The notes below the pieces were generated by a model. The model was not told where the DNA came from and ran no database searches. It saw nothing but the letters and a program-made list of their open reading frames with translations. This document shows positions 54,558 through 61,100 of a stretch of DNA of 64,000 nucleotides, piece after piece. The stretch's first letter is position 1. Each line of letters begins with the position of its first letter. Both the position numbers and the translations under genes were made by a program. Source of the stretch: Nitrospirales bacterium (GTDB lineage: Bacteria > Nitrospirota > Nitrospiria > Nitrospirales > UBA8639); contig JAJDBP010000014.1 in NCBI GenBank assembly GCA_029261295.1, positions 8,474 to 72,473 on the forward strand. Reading direction: 5' to 3'.

Positions 54558-57500
54558 TTATGAAGGAAGAAATTGCGTCAGGAACAGTTCAATTTCCGTG
54601 GTCGTATCACGTACCGCTCCTTGACCAATGAGCCCTTGGGTCATCGCGTCGCCACGTAGGCCAAAGAGAAAGCGCAGAATAAGCATGCCATCGATCTGCT
54701 CTTCTACTAAACTATTCTGATCGACATCCAACATGGTGGTCCCGCTGGCATCGAGATACATGACTATGGCCTCTGAGGTTGATCGTATTCCTTGGGTATC
54801 AACGATTCCTGCAATTAAGTCATGGCCGCGCAACCCCTTCATATAGCGGATGATGAGATTCCCGTCCGTCATCGGATCGTCCACTCCGTTCCCATCCACA
54901 TCCAAGGTCATCCGGGTAAAGGTGGCTGAACAATTCAGGGCCGTCGTTATCTGCACTTGTCCGTCAGAACAATCGGGATCGCCAGTCCAGCCTTCAAACA
55001 TCGAAAGCAGTTCCGGTTCAGAAGTGAATTGCACAAACGTGTTGGCGGGAAATGCCCACGTGCACGTTCCAGCCGCGCATGACAGCCCCGAAGGGTTGCT
55101 CATGACCAAGCCGCTGCCATCCCCTATTATCGTCATTGTCAACGGCACATGAACGGGCGTCGAGACCGATGATGCATTATTGGACTCATTGGAGTCCGCC
55201 CCAAGCAATTGCACGGTGGCCGTGTTTGTGACAAGCCCAGCAACGGTCGGCGTGGCATTGATGGAAATTGTAGCTGAAGCACCTGCGTGTAACGCCCCTA
55301 ATTGACATTCCAGAGTACCCACACCTGTACAGGTTCCTTGGCTCCACGTCACCGTGCCTAAGGTCAGACCGGCAGGCAACACATCCTCGACCCGTACTTG
55401 AGTGGCCACTTCCGGCCCCGCATTGGTTACGACGAGGTCATACGTTGCTTGCTGCCCCAAGACCATGGGATTGTGCGACACGGTTTTCGTTATCGACACA
55501 TCCGCTAATCGGCCAGGACAGGACACCCCAGCTTCAATGACAAACGATTCTTGGGGAGACCTATCTCCTTGCCCATTGCTGTTCGCAAGCATCCCCATAC
55601 CTCGGCAGGCAAAGACTTCCCACAGCAAATCCTTATCCATCTCCCCGCTTGCCTGATCCGCAGCCAAGATACCATCCCGAGCATCGAGCATCGAAGGATT
55701 GGCCGGAGTAAATGTCAAGCCATCAAGAATGACTTGCTCTGCCCGTGCCCGGCCGAGAGTGTCTCCATAGGTATCAATCAAGTTCTGGCGAATATCCCAC
55801 AGCGTGGCCGACCAAATTTCCCCATCGCGGTGCACTTGACAGCCCGTGGAACAAAGGTCCCCGTACGTCAGAGGATTTTGGTTGATGGCATATTTTCTGA
55901 GACCAATCAATGGCTTACCGGTGAGGTATTCGCCAAACACCGGATCTTCGCCCGTATGCGCCGCAAACCAATCTGACCATCCTTCTCCCAACGCCCCGCT
56001 TTGAGTACCAAAGAGGGTACAAGTCGATGTCGGGCCACCCACTAATCGGCAAGATACCCCATGACTATATTCATGCACGATAATGTCTCGACTGAAGGCC
56101 AAATCAATATTGCGAAATTGCGGTGTGCGCCCCACTCGTAAATCTAAACGAGGCTTACTACTTGTGGAAGAAGAATCGGCCGGGGTAAAGAAAAAGGCAT
56201 TATTATGCTGGTTGAGATCCCAGCGATCCTGAACATCAGTATGTACTTCATCATGTTCAAACCCACCGTTGCCAAAATTATCGGCTTGAAAATTTCCTGC
56301 TTCTTCATCAAAGCCCAAGTGGTAAAAATAATCATGCGCCCAATTGACATGATAGAACGCATTCGTTAACGCCGCATCAAGGTCGGTATCGACATCGGCC
56401 CCATTGCTTAGTTGATACGCATTCTGAAACGGAAATTCAAAATGACCATCAAATTCCGCAGGGCTATAGCCCAACGCATTTGAGGCATCTCGATCTTCCT
56501 GCACACAGGCATTATTCCCCCGCAATGAAGAAAACACACCAGGTGCAGTAGCTTCTAGCCAGCCCTGGGGAGAAACCATGAGGTCACCCACAAAGGATTG
56601 TACGGTCGCCGCACCAGCATCGGGATGGTCAGGAAAGACAAGCCCCTGAGGTTGAGTGAACTGCACCAGATTTGTCCGTACTAACACCTGGCCGGTTTCG
56701 GCATCAATGAACAATCGATAGCGGGCATGCCAATCATGGTGAAATCGCACATCCCAAGCTATTCGCGCCTGCGAGGGAAGCGGCACAATAACCAGCCCGG
56801 CTTGATGAACCATCCCAGGAATACCCATGGCCGGAAGGGCGAACTTCGTGAGTCGAGTAGAGCCGTGTGGCCCATCCACCACTTCTGGCCATCCCATTAA
56901 TTCACCTGTGACATGTTGAACACCCAACAGCACCGCTTCCGCTGCTGATATTTTTGGCTCTACTCTCACATCTGAAAATGAGGACGGAATATTTCCAGCT
57001 ACGTTAAGGACACGTCCGCGTTTATTCACATCTACTTGGAGTGCGGCATCAACCACGGGAATATCTTGCCAATACCATTGAAAGGTAACATGGGTCACCC
57101 CCAACCGTTTCAATGTATGCTCCCCACTGATCTTCCAACTCAGGTTCCCATCAGAAGGTAGGCCTAAAAGATCGGCATGCCGACGAAGAAATCGGCGTGC
57201 CCCAACACGAGCCTTTCTATACCGCTTTCGTGATAATAATTTTTTCGGATGCCGCAAAGACCGCAACTGCCCCGTTCCCCGATTCCACCGAGCTTGCACA
57301 TTTCGGCCAAATTGCAATTGCAACGCTTGCATGGTTTGCTCATAACGTTGAGCACTCATTCCCTGACGAGGAGGCCTTTGCTGTCGAACTTCATGCAAGA
57401 GATTAATATTGGGCAAGGGGTTATTGGGAGAAGCCAGGGGAGCAAAAAGCGCAGAGAAAGAAGAAGGAAAAACCGTCGATTGTTCACAGACGGCAGAGTA

Positions 57501-57587
57501 AGCTGGAGTTTGCTGGATAAATCCCCATAGCAGGCAACCGAACACGCCACTAATAACCCATCTCAAATTTAACCGAAGCATTTCCAT
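54558..57587 (-). CDS. Secreted M36 (fungalysin)-family zinc metalloprotease with an FTP-type propeptide, a DUF11 repeat domain, a beta-sandwich and a C-terminal dockerin-like pair
   Basis: 1009 aa with the signal peptide WVISGVFGCLLWGFIQQTPAYSA. The zinc motif is IIVHEYSHGVSCRLVGGP (HEYSH at 56061-56075, reverse strand). The downstream ALGEGWSDWFA is characteristic of M36. The DUF11 segment is ADVSITKTVSHNPMVLGQQATYDLVVTNAGPEVATQVRVEDVLPAGL. The dockerin-like pair is LDVDGNGVDDPMTDGNLIIRYMKGLRG and LDVDQNSLVEEQIDGMLILRFLFGLRG. The protein ends at the module (LFLTQFLPS) with no basic tail. Confidence 0.85.
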   Translation of the reverse strand: MEMLRLNLRWVISGVFGCLLWGFIQQTPAYSAVCEQSTVFPSSFSALFAPLASPNNPLPNINLLHEVRQQRPPRQGMSAQRYEQTMQALQLQFGRNVQARWNRGTGQLRSLRHPKKLLSRKRYRKARVGARRFLRRHADLLGLPSDGNLSWKISGEHTLKRLGVTHVTFQWYWQDIPVVDAALQVDVNKRGRVLNVAGNIPSSFSDVRVEPKISAAEAVLLGVQHVTGELMGWPEVVDGPHGSTRLTKFALPAMGIPGMVHQAGLVIVPLPSQARIAWDVRFHHDWHARYRLFIDAETGQVLVRTNLVQFTQPQGLVFPDHPDAGAATVQSFVGDLMVSPQGWLEATAPGVFSSLRGNNACVQEDRDASNALGYSPAEFDGHFEFPFQNAYQLSNGADVDTDLDAALTNAFYHVNWAHDYFYHLGFDEEAGNFQADNFGNGGFEHDEVHTDVQDRWDLNQHNNAFFFTPADSSSTSSKPRLDLRVGRTPQFRNIDLAFSRDIIVHEYSHGVSCRLVGGPTSTCTLFGTQSGALGEGWSDWFAAHTGEDPVFGEYLTGKPLIGLRKYAINQNPLTYGDLCSTGCQVHRDGEIWSATLWDIRQNLIDTYGDTLGRARAEQVILDGLTFTPANPSMLDARDGILAADQASGEMDKDLLWEVFACRGMGMLANSNGQGDRSPQESFVIEAGVSCPGRLADVSITKTVSHNPMVLGQQATYDLVVTNAGPEVATQVRVEDVLPAGLTLGTVTWSQGTCTGVGTLECQLGALHAGASATISINATPTVAGLVTNTATVQLLGADSNESNNASSVSTPVHVPLTMTIIGDGSGLVMSNPSGLSCAAGTCTWAFPANTFVQFTSEPELLSMFEGWTGDPDCSDGQVQITTALNCSATFTRMTLDVDGNGVDDPMTDGNLIIRYMKGLRGHDLIAGIVDTQGIRSTSEAIVMYLDASGTTMLDVDQNSLVEEQIDGMLILRFLFGLRGDAMTQGLIGQGAVRDTTTEIELFLTQFLPS

Positions 57588-58179
57588 CTCGAATTTTTAC
57601 CCATCCAACAACACGCATAAACTCAAGTAAAGGAAGAAGAACTGTAGACCACCCTATTTCATTTGTCGAGAAAAACGAAACAGGTTCCCAAAAAAAAATG
57701 AGCTTCGGGGATATGCTCCCCCTCATACGAACTATAGAGTTCTCCTGTTTTCATTGCAGGTTCTTCCAACTCCGTCTCTGTCTTCGTGAGCATGTTGAGA
57801 TGAGGAGGAAAATCGAAAACAAATTAAGACACAATATGGAATCCAAGCCGACTGCTCACCCCATCTTGGTCACTTCTGGAAGTGGTTAATTAAATATTAG
57901 CTGGATTTTCCCCAGATTGATGCAAGCCAGACACTTGCAGGCCTAACGGGCGTAGTAGGTAGCCCTACATAGGTGTTGCTTGAAAATTTCTTAATGTTTC
58001 GCTTTATATTTTACATGCCATACCCCTCATTGGAACTAGCAATCAGACCGTGTGTCGTCCTTGGCCAGCCTCTTCAGTTCATCAGATTGACATCCTGTAA
58101 GGTTTTCGTATCTTATATTACATTTCTTGCATTTGGTGACTTCAATTCACCGCCTTAATCTATATAAGGGAGCTCTCCG

Positions 58180-61100
58180 ATGGAACCTTTCACCACCAAA
58201 ATTGACAACAATGTATCAACTTGGAATAGGTTAAAACGGCGGGCTCAAGCAGCTATGCGGCGGCGGCAGAGTGCCATCGTCGGGGTAAACTCAAACCGCG
58301 CTCGATATCGTTTGGAATCATTAGAGCCCCGCATTCTCTTAAGTGCAGATCCCATACTTCCAGTGGAGTCCGAAGATCTCGCGACCCCTCTGGTTATAGA
58401 AACAAACCCAGAAGAACCCACGGTTACGTTCGAGGAAAGCGCGCTCACGTCAACCGGACAAGCGCTCACGGGTGCGGAATCGTTAGACATTGATGCCAAC
58501 ACAGCCGCCACTGAAGCCGATGGTGAGCTCATTATTCGCTATCTGTTCGGCTTACGGGACGACGCCCTCACCAGTGGGCTTGTCGATTTAGCACAAGGGT
58601 TGCGCACTGATTCGCAAGACATCGTCGACTTCCTGAACCCTCTCCTGCCGACCACCCCTGGCGTGGATGCCTTGCTGGATGTTGATGGGGACATGCAAGC
58701 CAACCCGATGACCGATGGGCAACTGATCCTTCGCTTCATTCAGGGACTGACGGGCACCGAGCTCACGACTGGCGTCGTCAATTCACTTGGCAACCGAACC
58801 GATCCTGTCGAGATTCACGACTTCCTTACGCAGTTTCTGCCCGTCATCATTCCAACTGTCATTACCGCCAATCTGGCCAACGACACCGGGTCGAGTGCCA
58901 CTGATGGTATTTCTACGGACCCCACCATTACCGGCTCCATTTCCGATCCCAATATCTTGACTGTCTTTGAGGCGGGCTTCGACACGACACCCCTTGCGAA
59001 TTTTGTGGATCTCTTGAGTTTGGTTGATCCCGTGACTGGCCTGTTTAGTCTTACTTCACTTGACTTGGACACGATTAATGGAGGGCCGCTGGGTCAAGGC
59101 CCGCATACCTTACATATTCATGCCACGAATTCCAGTGGCGGGGACGATCTTTTTGATTTGGCCTTCACCTTTGACTCCATGGCTCCCCTCATCAATTTAG
59201 ATAATCCGACAGAGGGAGGATTACTTGCCGAAGAGAGTCGAGTGACCGGTATTGCCGACCCAACCGGCTCGACATTGGCCACCTTGACCTATGCCTTTGA
59301 TGGCGGGACGGACACGCCCATCCCCTTCAACGCCGCAACCGGCAGCTTAGACCAATTACTCAACCTGTCGACGTTGGCAGCGGGCGGTCATACGCTGACG
59401 ATTCATGCCATGGATATTGCGGGCAATGAAGCCACGGAAGTCTTGAATGTCAATCTCCCGGCGGTGATTCCCTTCGCGATTACGGCAGTGACACCGACTG
59501 AGAATCTCAACAATATCGGCACCACCTTCCGGCCTCAGGTCTTTTTCTCGCGAGCAGTCGATCCGGCCACGCTCAACAACACCAATTTCTTCGCCACCGA
59601 CAGTGCCGGGCAACCCCTGGCTGCCACCATTGTCCCTGGAGAAGACGGGCAGTTTGCATGGTTGTTTTTCGATGCGCCATTGCCTGGCGCCTCCACGGTT
59701 ACTGTGCACATTGACGGCTCGGGGATTCTCGCCGCTAGTGACGGCCAAGCATTGGACGCCGACGACGACGGCAACCCAGGAGGAAGCTTCCAATATAGCT
59801 TCACCACGGTCAGTCTTGCCCCGGTAGCTAATACCACCTTGTCTGGTCGCGTCGTGGATCCCGGCCCGGATTTGATTCCGATGACCAGTGACGATGTCGA
59901 AGCAGGGCCGGATGGCCTGCTCCATACCGACGATGACATCTTTCTGTTTCCCGTCGCAGGCGTGGAAATCTTTATTCTGGGGCTAGAAGATCAAGCCGTC
60001 TTCACGGACGCCAATGGGTTGTTTCAACTCACCTCGGTACCAGCCGGCAACGTCAAAGTGGCGGTCAATGGCTTAACGGCCACCAATCTCCCCGCCGGCG
60101 TCTTCTTCCCCGAAATGGTCATGGATGCCACGATGCAGGCGGGCATGGATAACGCGGTGATGCCCGGGATGGAGGTGGTCTACCTCCCGCGTATTCTGTC
60201 GCAAAGTTTACAACCCATTAGTGACACGGACCCAACCATGGTGGGCGTCGATGCCATGACGGCGCCCAACCTCACCGACGAGCAGCGGCAGTTTTTAACC
60301 TTGGAAGTGCAGCCCGGTAGTCTGGTCGGGATGGATGGGCAGACCCTTCCAGGCGGCACCGGCATGGTGGGCATCAGCACCGTGCCGCCGGAGTTAGTGC
60401 GAGACATGTTGCCGCCCGGGTTACTGCAACATACATTCGATATCACCATTCAAGCGCCCGACACCGCCGTTTTCGACACGCCGTTGGAACTGACCTTCCC
60501 GAACATCTTTGAATCCGCACCGGGCACACAACTCTTCTTCTTATCGTTCGACCATACCACCGGGTTGCTGGTCATTGAAGGCACGGCTACGGTGTCGGCG
60601 GATGGCTTGTCCGTCACGACCGATCCCGGGCAAGGCATTACGAAGCCAGGGTGGCACGGCTTGACGCCGCCGGGACCGGGAGGAGGAGGCGATTTACCAA
60701 GAGGCCCCAATGGCCCGAATGGCCCGAATGGCCCGAATGGCCCCAACGGCCCCAACGGCCCGAATGGAACCATTCCACCAGGGGGTTCTGACCCTTACGA
60801 TATTGAAGTGATCTTTCCTGATATGAGCCTCACGGCTGCACAACAAACGATCATTCTGGATGCGGCAGCGCGGTGGGAAGAAGTGATTGTCCTCGGACTA
60901 CCTAGTGTGACCATTGCACAAGAGGATTTTGTTGATTTTAATATCGACACCTTTGGGCTGACCATGGACCTGAACGTGGACGACCTGACCGTCTTCGTGA
61001 CCGCTAACAACACCGATGGCGCGGGAAACAATCTGGCCAGCGCAGGAGTCAGAGTGATCCGTTCCGCAACAAATCTCCCAGCCGTTGGAGCCTTTAGAAT

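Noticed and set aside
619-57587. A classical cellulosome, suggested by the dockerin-like repeats.
   Set aside because: I recognised no cohesin or scaffoldin and no clear cellulase or hemicellulase catalytic domain. The organism is diderm (PEP-CTERM tails, lipoboxes, an OM-barrel-like protein). The repeat spacing and N-terminal placements are atypical.
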